Source of the DNA: a candidate division Zixibacteria bacterium CG_4_9_14_3_um_filter_46_8
GTDB taxonomy: Bacteria > Zixibacteria > MSB-5A5 > UM-FILTER-46-8
Assembly (NCBI GenBank): GCA_002791595.1
Contig: PFXJ01000119.1
Span: 1 to 55,148 of the forward strand
DNA: 55,148 nt
Reading direction: 5' to 3'
Each line of letters begins with the position of its first letter. Positions within the stretch are counted from its first letter, which is position 1. The notes below the pieces were generated by a model. The model saw only the letters and a list, made by a program, of their open reading frames with translations. It ran no database searches and was not told the origin of the DNA. The translations under genes were made by a program, and so were the position numbers. This document shows positions 8,874 to 16,236 of this stretch, in pieces.

Positions 8874-9392
8874 ATGACGGAGAGAAGTTTACAACCGATT
8901 ATCAGAATAGAGACTTTGATTCTGAGGTTTCGAGACCAAAACGTATTATTAGATAGCGATCTTGCTCATTTATATGATATTGAAACTAAGCAATTGAAAA
9001 GAGCCGTAAGAAGGAACATTAATCGTTTCCCGAGTGATTTTATGTTTCAATTGACCGCGGAGGAATTCAATAATTTGAGGTGTCAATTTGGCACCTCAAG
9101 ATGGGGCGGTGTTAGATATTTACCTTATGCTTTTACAGAGCAAGGCGTCGCCATGCTATCAAGTGTGTTGAATAGCCCGAGAGCAATCCAAGTCAATATC
9201 GCCATTATGAGGACCTTTGTGAAGCTCCGCCAGATAATTTACTCTCACAAGGAGTTTGAGGAGCGTTTGGCGAAATTGGAAAAAAAATACGGCCATCATG
9301 ACCAGAACTTCAAGATTATATTCGATGCCATTCGACAATTGATGGAGCCGCCGAAAATAAAGAAACGTAGTATCGGATTCCAAAAGGGCTGA
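8874..9392 (+). CDS. ORF6N-domain (KilA-N-related) DNA-binding protein
   Basis: 'FRDQNVLLDSDLAHLYDIETKQLKRAVRRNINRFPSDFMFQLTAEE..SRWGGVRYLPYAFTEQGVAMLSSVLNSPRAIQVNIAIMRTFVKLRQ' matches the ORF6N signature closely. Confidence 0.85.
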   Translation: MTERSLQPIIRIETLILRFRDQNVLLDSDLAHLYDIETKQLKRAVRRNINRFPSDFMFQLTAEEFNNLRCQFGTSRWGGVRYLPYAFTEQGVAMLSSVLNSPRAIQVNIAIMRTFVKLRQIIYSHKEFEERLAKLEKKYGHHDQNFKIIFDAIRQLMEPPKIKKRSIGFQKG

Positions 9393-9414
9393 TAAATCGT
9401 TTTTTAAGAATAGT

Positions 9415-10572
9415 ATGCCTTATAGAATTTACATTAGCGCCGGAGAGGCATCTGGAGATATGCACGGCGGCGGGCTGGCAGGCGCCTTAAGAGGTGCATT
9501 TCCTGATTTGGTCATTTCCGGCATGGGAGGGGATCGTATGAGGAGCGCGGGGGTGGAAGTCATTGAGGACTACCGCCAATATGCTATAATGGGTTTTGTG
9601 GGAGTTATCGCCAATTTGCATCGTTTCAGTCGATTACTCAAGAGGGTAGTCAAACATATCAGGGAAGAGAGAGTAAACCTTGTTGTCCTAATCGATTATT
9701 CCGGATTCAATTTGCGGCTTGCCAGAGCAGCGAATCGGCTCGGAGTAAAAGTTGTTTATTTTATCAGCCCACAGGTATGGGCATGGCGGACCGGAAGGGT
9801 GAAAGATATCAAAAGATATGTGGATCGAATGATAACCATCTTTCCTTTCGAAAAGGAATTCTATAGGCGGTATGGAATCGACGCCGATTATATCGGACAT
9901 CCCTTATTGGATGAAATTCCATCGTTAGATGAGGAGCAACGGAAAGCCGAAGTTCAGCGATTTCGCTTGGCGCATCAAATCAATGGGAAGAGCCCAATTT
10001 TGGGGTTATTTCCCGGATCACGGGCCAAGGAAATAGAAAAGATGCTGCCCACTATGCTTTGCACTGCCGCTATGCTTCGCAGGGATATTCCAACACTCAA
10101 TATACTAATAGCGCGGGCGCCTAATATTGATCTGGGGAGGCATATGTCGCTTGCGGAATTTGGTTGGATTCAATCGTTGGTTGTCGATAATGATACCGCA
10201 GGTGTGCTTCTTGCTTCCGACGCGGTTTTGGTCAGCAGCGGCACGACCACGGTTGAAGCCGCCTTGCATGGCACCCCGCAGGTGGTGATGTATAAGACCA
10301 GTTGGCTTACCTATAGAATAGCTCGGGCATGTGTGAAGGTGGATTATATCGCTATGGTTAATTTGATCGCCGCAAAGCGCATAGTACCTGAATTCATCCA
10401 GGACGAAGCCCAACCCGAGAGACTTCGAGATGAATTGTACCCATTATTGACAGACAATGGCGCTCGGAGAGCGGCGCGACAGGCTTCGCTTGAAATCCGC
10501 AAGCTGCTCGGAGAAAAAGGGGCATACCAGAGAGCGGCGGATATAGCCGCTCATTATATAGGAAATTGTTGA
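9415..10572 (+). CDS. lpxB: Lipid-A-disaccharide synthase
   Basis: 'IYISAGEASGDMHGGGLAGAL', 'DYSGFNLRLA', 'YFISPQVWAWRTGR' and 'VSSGTTTVEAAL' are LpxB hallmarks. Length is 385 aa. Confidence 0.9.
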   Translation: MPYRIYISAGEASGDMHGGGLAGALRGAFPDLVISGMGGDRMRSAGVEVIEDYRQYAIMGFVGVIANLHRFSRLLKRVVKHIREERVNLVVLIDYSGFNLRLARAANRLGVKVVYFISPQVWAWRTGRVKDIKRYVDRMITIFPFEKEFYRRYGIDADYIGHPLLDEIPSLDEEQRKAEVQRFRLAHQINGKSPILGLFPGSRAKEIEKMLPTMLCTAAMLRRDIPTLNILIARAPNIDLGRHMSLAEFGWIQSLVVDNDTAGVLLASDAVLVSSGTTTVEAALHGTPQVVMYKTSWLTYRIARACVKVDYIAMVNLIAAKRIVPEFIQDEAQPERLRDELYPLLTDNGARRAARQASLEIRKLLGEKGAYQRAADIAAHYIGNC

Positions 10573-10607
10573 CTATATTGAGATAATTGATTATAATATA
10601 AGGCTAT

Positions 10608-11282
10608 ATGGCCGGTCCCAAGCAGAGATTCTCTCTCAGAAGAATCATCCTAATCCGGCTTGTTTCGCTTTTGGGTCCATTGCTGGTAAAGCTGATTGGC
10701 CTTACCTGGAAAATAGACCACAGAGGCGAAGAGGAGTTAGACAAGCTGCGTAATAATGGCGAAAGGGTACTTTACGCATTTTGGCATAATCGTATTCTGC
10801 CGCTGGCTTATGTTTATCGAAATAGGGGAGCGATGATAATGATCAGTCAGCATGGCGATGGGGAGTTGATTGCGTCAGTAGTGAGCCGCATGGGGTATTT
10901 GCCAATTAGAGGCTCATCGACCATCGGTGGAATGAAGGCGGCGCGCGAATTGATGATGGACGGTTCGATGAGAGATGTCGCTATCACGCCCGATGGACCT
11001 CGTGGGCCTTGCCAGGTAGCGCAACCAGGTGCGGTCTATATCGCTTCCCGGGGTGGATTTGTCTTAACACCTTTGGCAGTGGAAGCTTCTTCCAAATGGG
11101 TTCTAAATTCCTGGGATCGCTTTATGATACCTAAACCCTTTTGCCATTTACGAATAGATGTCGGTAAACCGATCAGATTTAGGGACAAACTGGATAATAA
11201 TGAAATTGAAGAATACTCGCGGATTCTGGGTGATACTTTGAACAAAATGACGAATAACCTAACGAATACTTTTCAGGGATGA
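10608..11282 (+). CDS. DUF374-domain (lysophospholipid acyltransferase-like) protein, the usual WaaA neighbour
   Basis: 'FWHNRILPL..MISQHGDGELIA..IRGSSTIGGMKAAREL..ITPDGPRGP' matches DUF374. Sits immediately upstream of waaA. Confidence 0.8.
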   Translation: MAGPKQRFSLRRIILIRLVSLLGPLLVKLIGLTWKIDHRGEEELDKLRNNGERVLYAFWHNRILPLAYVYRNRGAMIMISQHGDGELIASVVSRMGYLPIRGSSTIGGMKAARELMMDGSMRDVAITPDGPRGPCQVAQPGAVYIASRGGFVLTPLAVEASSKWVLNSWDRFMIPKPFCHLRIDVGKPIRFRDKLDNNEIEEYSRILGDTLNKMTNNLTNTFQG

Positions 11283-11288
11283 GATATT

Positions 11289-12617
11289 ATGGTAATGCGT
11301 TTGTATAACATCTTGATGATGGTAGGAATAGTCGTTGCCTCGCCGGTGTTGCTATGGCTTGGCTGGGCCAGGGGCCACAGTGTTCGTGAAAGGGTTGGAA
11401 TCTACAATGGACCGATTGAAAATTTCCTGAATGGGAAGCGTCCGATATGGTTTCATGCCGCATCGGTGGGTGAGGTGAGAGTTTTAGCCGCTTTAATACC
11501 TGCTTATTTGCATGTGTCGCATGAGAAGAAGATAATCGTTTCCACAGTAACCCGCAGTGGCAGGTTGACCGCGGAGAAAATACTTCCCAAAGAATGCCTG
11601 ACAGTGTATTCGCCCTTGGACTTGAGGGTATTTGTCAAACGTGCTTTCAAGATGATTAACCCGAGGGCCTTGGTATTAACCGAAACAGAATTTTGGCCAA
11701 ACCTTATGGAATATGCTCATCAGAGCGGGGTGCGGATGTTCTGTGTGAATGGGCGAATTTCAAAAAAATCATTTCCCCGCTATAGATTAGTAAAGCCGCT
11801 TCTGCAAAAGCTTCTTGCCTATGTGGAAGTTTTCATTATGCAAAGTGATGCTGATGCCGAGCGCCTTATACGACTTGGAGTCGCTGAAAAGAATGTCATT
11901 GTTTCCGGGAATATCAAATTCGACCTGGGCGATACGGATGAGCGATTGCGCAAAACTTTCAGCGCCTCGAAACGTCCCACATGGGTAAATGGCGAGCGGA
12001 TTCTGGTGGCGGGTTCAACCCATCGAGGGGAGGAATTGGTTATTCTCAAGGCTTTCTCCAGAATTAAGGATTTATATGACGGCGCGATCTTGATTCTTGC
12101 TCCTCGCCATCTAAACCGCATCGATGAATTGAAATTGACCGTTATGGGTTTTAGGCTGTCCCCTATTCTGAAAAGCGAATTAGATAAGCTCAATGGCAAT
12201 TCCAAACTGGAGGCAGGCAGTGTAGTGATTCTGGATACGATGGGGGAGCTTCAATATGTCTATAACTGGGGTGAAGCCGCTTTCGTGGGCGGGAGTCTGA
12301 ATAGGACCGGTGGCCATAATCCGTTGGAACCGGCGGCGTGGTCGAAACCGATAGCTTTTGGCCCCAATATGCAGAATTGTCAAGAGATATCCCAATCGCT
12401 GGTCGATTGCGGGGGCGCGCGTATCGTTCGCAACGCCGATGAGCTTTTCCAGTTTTTCAATGACATACTTTCTGATCCGGATAAGAGAGACGAGATGGGC
12501 AACCGTGCCGCACTGGTCTCCCAGAAAAACAGCGGCGTTTCGATATCCGTCGCCGAACGGTTGTTTGGCTTGATATCTCATAAGAAAGCCGAGAACCAAC
12601 CGACTGTGGCGGCTTGA
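11289..12617 (+). CDS. waaA: 3-deoxy-D-manno-octulosonic acid (Kdo) transferase
   Basis: 'IWFHAASVGEV', 'ETEFWPNL', 'VAGSTHRGEE', 'GGSL..GGHNPLEPAA' and a 442-aa length. Confidence 0.9.
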   Translation: MVMRLYNILMMVGIVVASPVLLWLGWARGHSVRERVGIYNGPIENFLNGKRPIWFHAASVGEVRVLAALIPAYLHVSHEKKIIVSTVTRSGRLTAEKILPKECLTVYSPLDLRVFVKRAFKMINPRALVLTETEFWPNLMEYAHQSGVRMFCVNGRISKKSFPRYRLVKPLLQKLLAYVEVFIMQSDADAERLIRLGVAEKNVIVSGNIKFDLGDTDERLRKTFSASKRPTWVNGERILVAGSTHRGEELVILKAFSRIKDLYDGAILILAPRHLNRIDELKLTVMGFRLSPILKSELDKLNGNSKLEAGSVVILDTMGELQYVYNWGEAAFVGGSLNRTGGHNPLEPAAWSKPIAFGPNMQNCQEISQSLVDCGGARIVRNADELFQFFNDILSDPDKRDEMGNRAALVSQKNSGVSISVAERLFGLISHKKAENQPTVAA

Positions 12618-13723
12618 ACATTCACCATCACCAGCCAGCCGATTCAAACCAGCCCTTGCCCGATTCCGATTTGCGCTCTATCATTTTAAGACCTTTATCA
12701 TATCTATACAGCGGCGCCATATATCTGCGGAATCACGGATATGATTGGGGCTATTGCGACATAACAAAACTTGCCAAACCGGTAATCTCGGTAGGCAATA
12801 TCACCGCGGGCGGCTCGGGGAAAACGCCGCTGGTGCGCTTTATTTGCGAAGAATTGCTCAAGAAGAACCTAAAGCTGGCCGTATTAACGCGCGGCTACAG
12901 GCGCAAATCAAAGGACAACATTTTCTTCGAATCTCCTCCGGCAAAACATCTCATCCCCGATGATATCGGCGATGAACCGCTGATGCTGGCTCGGCAACTC
13001 CCCGGAGTGATCTTTGGCATATCCGCCGACCGAAAGCTAATGGCGGAAAGAATCATCAGGGCTTACAATCCCGATGTTTTCATTCTTGATGACGGCTTTC
13101 AGCATCGAAAAGTTCATCGGGACATTGATATTGTTGTCCTCGATGCGGCGCGTCCGTTCAATAATGGACATTGCCTTCCCGCTGGACTACTGCGCGAACC
13201 GATAACGAGTTTATCCCGCGCGGGCATAATCATAATCAGGACTCAGAAAGGAACAACGCCCCAGGCGGGTTTGCCGGAGCGCATAAAATCTATCGCACCG
13301 AAAGCCGAAATTATCGAGGCGAGCATCGTCCCCAAAAAGCTAGAGTCGCTATCCGGCATCGATACGAAACCGATTGAGTTCTTGCGGGGAAGAAAGGTGA
13401 TCGCCTTCTGCGGGATAGGCAATCCTGATGGTTTTCGAATGATGCTTAGAGAGCTTGGCGCGGATATCCGAGGTTTCAGAGCTTTTCGGGACCATCATCG
13501 GTATTCGGAAAAAAATTTGCATGAAATTGGGAGACAATTCTCAAAAGCTGACGCGGAGATTTGTGTTACCACGATGAAGGATGGGGTTAAATTGACCAAT
13601 GATAAATTTGACTTTCCATTGTTTTTATTGGATATTGGGTATGAGATTGGTGCCGGGGACAGGGAACGGTTTTTATCTTTTGTGATTGGAGTAATAAGTG
13701 CAGATATGGCGATCATACTATAA
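12614..13723 (+). CDS. lpxK: Tetraacyldisaccharide 4'-kinase
   Basis: 'VISVGNITAGGSGKTPL', 'LTRGY', 'DEPLML' and 'ILDDGFQH'. TTG start overlaps the waaA TGA by 4 nt (TTGA). Confidence 0.9.
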   Translation: MNIHHHQPADSNQPLPDSDLRSIILRPLSYLYSGAIYLRNHGYDWGYCDITKLAKPVISVGNITAGGSGKTPLVRFICEELLKKNLKLAVLTRGYRRKSKDNIFFESPPAKHLIPDDIGDEPLMLARQLPGVIFGISADRKLMAERIIRAYNPDVFILDDGFQHRKVHRDIDIVVLDAARPFNNGHCLPAGLLREPITSLSRAGIIIIRTQKGTTPQAGLPERIKSIAPKAEIIEASIVPKKLESLSGIDTKPIEFLRGRKVIAFCGIGNPDGFRMMLRELGADIRGFRAFRDHHRYSEKNLHEIGRQFSKADAEICVTTMKDGVKLTNDKFDFPLFLLDIGYEIGAGDRERFLSFVIGVISADMAIIL

Positions 13724-13771
13724 GCTGTCCAGAAAGGCGTACGCGGAGCTATTTATCGGGAGGAGTATGAA

Positions 13772-15214
13772 ATGATAATCACGCAGACGGGGCCACAAAA
13801 CGTTGGAGACATCGCGATACACTTCGAGCATGGGAATCTGTATCTTTCTCCAGAAGAATACCAAAGAGAAAATGTGTGGAATCTGGAGCAAAAAAGACTT
13901 CTAATTGACTCAATATTTCGCGAAATGGATATTCCTAAATTTTATTTATGGAAGATTGACCAAGAAACATTGTCAGGGGGATATCCCGATGGAGAGATGA
14001 AGAAACATTACAAAGACATTCTTGAGAAAAAGCGAAGGGAAGATGATGAACCAAATCCATTTGTATATGAAGTCGTTGACGGACAGCAACGGATCAGAAC
14101 AATACTGGAATACATGGGTGTTGGGGCGAAAAGTTCCGAATACTACCGTGGAGTATGGGGGAAACAGTTCCCCGCACCTGATGATACACCATTAGCTAAG
14201 GGCAAGTGTTTTGCGCAACTTACTGCAAATCAGCAGATCAAATTCAAGGGTGGCCGCCTGACGGTAATGGTTTTGGAAAAAGCAGGAATCGATGACATTC
14301 GAGATATGTTTACACGGCTCCAAAACGGGACGCCTTTGAATGCGCAGGAAAAGCGCGATGCTATGGGGTCATCGGTAGGGCGAATAGCTCGAGATATGGC
14401 TCTTTTGCCTTTCTTCAGTAAGTCCGTAAGTTTTGGGGCAGAGCGTTCAACTCATAAGCTTGTGGCATCTCAGATGCTTCAATTGGAGCGGAAAGAAAAG
14501 ATAGTGAGCTGCACTTCCAGACAACTGGACAAACTATATGAGTTCTATAGGAAGGCACAATTTGAGAAAAGTGTTGGAGATAGAACACGAACGATCTTGA
14601 CAGTCTTGGGCAAGATATTCCCTAACAAGAACCCCCATCTTAATCAAAACTATGCCTTGAGTCTTTATTGGGCGTTATCCAGAATTACGCAATCATACAA
14701 GATCCCGGAGAACGAGTACGCGAGAATTAAGGATAATTTCGAACGATTGGACATCAACCGTCTGGAGGCAATGGGTAGGGACTTTAAAGAAGCGCCACAG
14801 GACAAGATTTATGAGGAACTGACTTTGGCAATGTCCCGCGGGAATACCGGAACTGACGGTATTTCAACTCGCCACGATATACTGTGCCAATACCTTTTCC
14901 AAGATGTTGGCCTAGAGTCCTTACCTAAACTTGACCCTCAGAGAATTTTCACACACGAGGAGAAACTAATCCTTTACCACAGGGCTAATGGATGTTGCCA
15001 ATTGTCTTTTGCCGGAAAGGTCTGCGCTCGTCAGCTAGATTTCGATGAGTCTGCTGTCGATCACATCTCTCCACATAGCAAGGGTGGTCAAACAACACTC
15101 GAGAACGGTCGCATAGCACATAAATCGTGTAACATAGCACGTGGAACGCGAGATGACTTTGATCCTGCTATTGAATGCAGTTTATTGGCCGGCAAATCGG
15201 CTTCCGAGTCCTGA
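13772..15214 (+). CDS. DUF262 (ParB/GmrSD N-terminal-like) domain fused to a C-terminal HNH endonuclease. Candidate type IV (modification-dependent) restriction/defence nuclease.
   Basis: DUF262 motifs are 'YQRENVWNLEQKRLLIDSIFREMDIPKFYLW', 'VVDGQQRIRTILEYM' and 'FTRLQNGTPLNAQEKRDA'. The C-terminal HNH is 'CCQLSF..VDHISPHSKGGQTTLENGRIAHKSCNIARG'. RBS GGGAGGAG precedes the ATG. Confidence 0.85.
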   Translation: MIITQTGPQNVGDIAIHFEHGNLYLSPEEYQRENVWNLEQKRLLIDSIFREMDIPKFYLWKIDQETLSGGYPDGEMKKHYKDILEKKRREDDEPNPFVYEVVDGQQRIRTILEYMGVGAKSSEYYRGVWGKQFPAPDDTPLAKGKCFAQLTANQQIKFKGGRLTVMVLEKAGIDDIRDMFTRLQNGTPLNAQEKRDAMGSSVGRIARDMALLPFFSKSVSFGAERSTHKLVASQMLQLERKEKIVSCTSRQLDKLYEFYRKAQFEKSVGDRTRTILTVLGKIFPNKNPHLNQNYALSLYWALSRITQSYKIPENEYARIKDNFERLDINRLEAMGRDFKEAPQDKIYEELTLAMSRGNTGTDGISTRHDILCQYLFQDVGLESLPKLDPQRIFTHEEKLILYHRANGCCQLSFAGKVCARQLDFDESAVDHISPHSKGGQTTLENGRIAHKSCNIARGTRDDFDPAIECSLLAGKSASES

Positions 15215-15266
15215 GCAATCATCTTCGTATCTTGACATTATCATTTCCCTCGGTTATAATGATGGC

Positions 15267-15431
15267 ATGAAGGATCAAAGATTCACTATTATATATACCA
15301 AAGAAAAACACTGGATAGTCGCCAGATGTGTCGAAATCGACGTGGTCTCTCAGGGAAAGACGATGAAGTCCGCCGAGAAGAATATAAAAGAAGCAATCTC
15401 CCTCTTTATAGAAAGCTTTGGATTGCCGTAA
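15267..15431 (+). CDS. hicB: HicB-family antitoxin-like protein (N-terminal HicB fold only, no DNA-binding domain)
   Basis: 'FTIIYTKEKHWIVARCVEIDVVSQGKTMKSAEKNIKEAISLFIESF' matches the HicB/UPF0150 pattern (..PG..(S/T)QG.T.eEA..n.kEAi.l..e). I chose the ATG at 15267 rather than the ORF-track start at 15141, which overlaps the upstream gene. Confidence 0.7.
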   Translation: MKDQRFTIIYTKEKHWIVARCVEIDVVSQGKTMKSAEKNIKEAISLFIESFGLP

Positions 15432-15468
15432 ACGAGGAGAACCCCGGGAAGGTCGCGGAGGCAGACTC

Positions 15469-15587
15469 GTAGGTCGGGTTCTGAGTCCCGATGGAATCGG
15501 AATGAAAAGCCCGACATGCACCAGTGTAGAATCGCATTTTGTCGGGTTTCTCACCCTGTCAGAGACGGGGTTCGGAACCCGACCTAC
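15469..15587. repeat. Palindromic (REP-like) element with nested hairpin
   Basis: Perfect 13-bp inverted repeat, GTAGGTCGGGTTC (15469-15481) and GAACCCGACCTAC (15575-15587). An inner inverted pair ..GCCCGACATGC.. / ..GCATTTTGTCGGGT.. lies between them. The ORFs across it on both strands are low-complexity artefacts. Confidence 0.6.
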
Positions 15588-15638
15588 TTCGGGTCATAGG
15601 CACATGAGATGATCGAAAAAGTCATAAGAATACGAAAG

Positions 15639-15791
15639 ATGGCCAAATATTCTTCCATCCGCGAAGACCTCGAATTTTGGCTGAGCAAAACCCCGGAAGA
15701 GCGGATAGCCACAGTGGAATTTTTAAGAAAGCAATTTGGTGGAAGTACAGCAAGACTTCAGAGAACTGCTCGAGTTATTCAACGCTCATAA
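15639..15791 (+). CDS. Small conserved protein commonly found upstream of minimal nucleotidyltransferases (putative TA partner)
   Basis: 'MAKYSSIREDLEFWLSKTPEERIATVEFLRKQFGGSTARLQRTARVIQRS'. I recognise the '..TPEERI..L....ARLQRV.RVIQR' pattern from such pairs. The start could be 15609 or 15639. Confidence 0.5.
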   Translation: MAKYSSIREDLEFWLSKTPEERIATVEFLRKQFGGSTARLQRTARVIQRS

Positions 15792-16185
15792 AGTTGAATA
15801 CCTTATAGTCGGAGCTTACGCGTTGGCGCTTCATGGCGCCCCCCGATTCACCGGCGACCTCGACATCCTTATCAAGCCGGAAGAGGGTAATGCTTTGCGG
15901 ATTATCGCGGCTCTCGATAAATTCGGTTTTTCATCATTAAATCTATCAACTACCGATCTTGAGAAACCGGATACAATCATACAACTTGGAATACCGCCTG
16001 TCCGAATCGATATCATTACATCGCTCACAGCCGTTTCCTGGGATGAAGCTTTTCGAGGGAAGGTAGAAGGACTTTTGGGAGATGTCTGCGTTTATTATCT
16101 TGGCAGAGACCAGTATGTAACTAATAAGAAGGCGATAGGGAGGAATAAGGATATGGCTGATTTGGAGGCATTAGGAGAGGATTGA
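15736..16185 (+). CDS. Minimal nucleotidyltransferase-fold protein (putative TA/defence component)
   Basis: 'DFRELLELFNAHKVEYLIVGAYALALHGAPRFTGDLDILI' matches the NTase G-x..D-x-D pattern. The only candidate starts are TTG 15736 and GTG 15739, so it overlaps the upstream small ORF by 53-56 nt in the +1 frame. Confidence 0.65.
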   Translation: MVEVQQDFRELLELFNAHKVEYLIVGAYALALHGAPRFTGDLDILIKPEEGNALRIIAALDKFGFSSLNLSTTDLEKPDTIIQLGIPPVRIDIITSLTAVSWDEAFRGKVEGLLGDVCVYYLGRDQYVTNKKAIGRNKDMADLEALGED

Positions 16186-16236
16186 TATTTATGGCCATCG
16201 GGGGGAAGCCGAAGGCAGATAAATACGTATAATTCT

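Noticed and set aside
15219-15554. 111-aa minus-strand ORF, and the 64-aa plus-strand ORF 15418-15612
   Set aside because: Both overlap hicB and/or the palindromic element. Their Pro/Arg/Ser-rich translation is typical of repeat DNA, and neither contains a HicA-like sequence.
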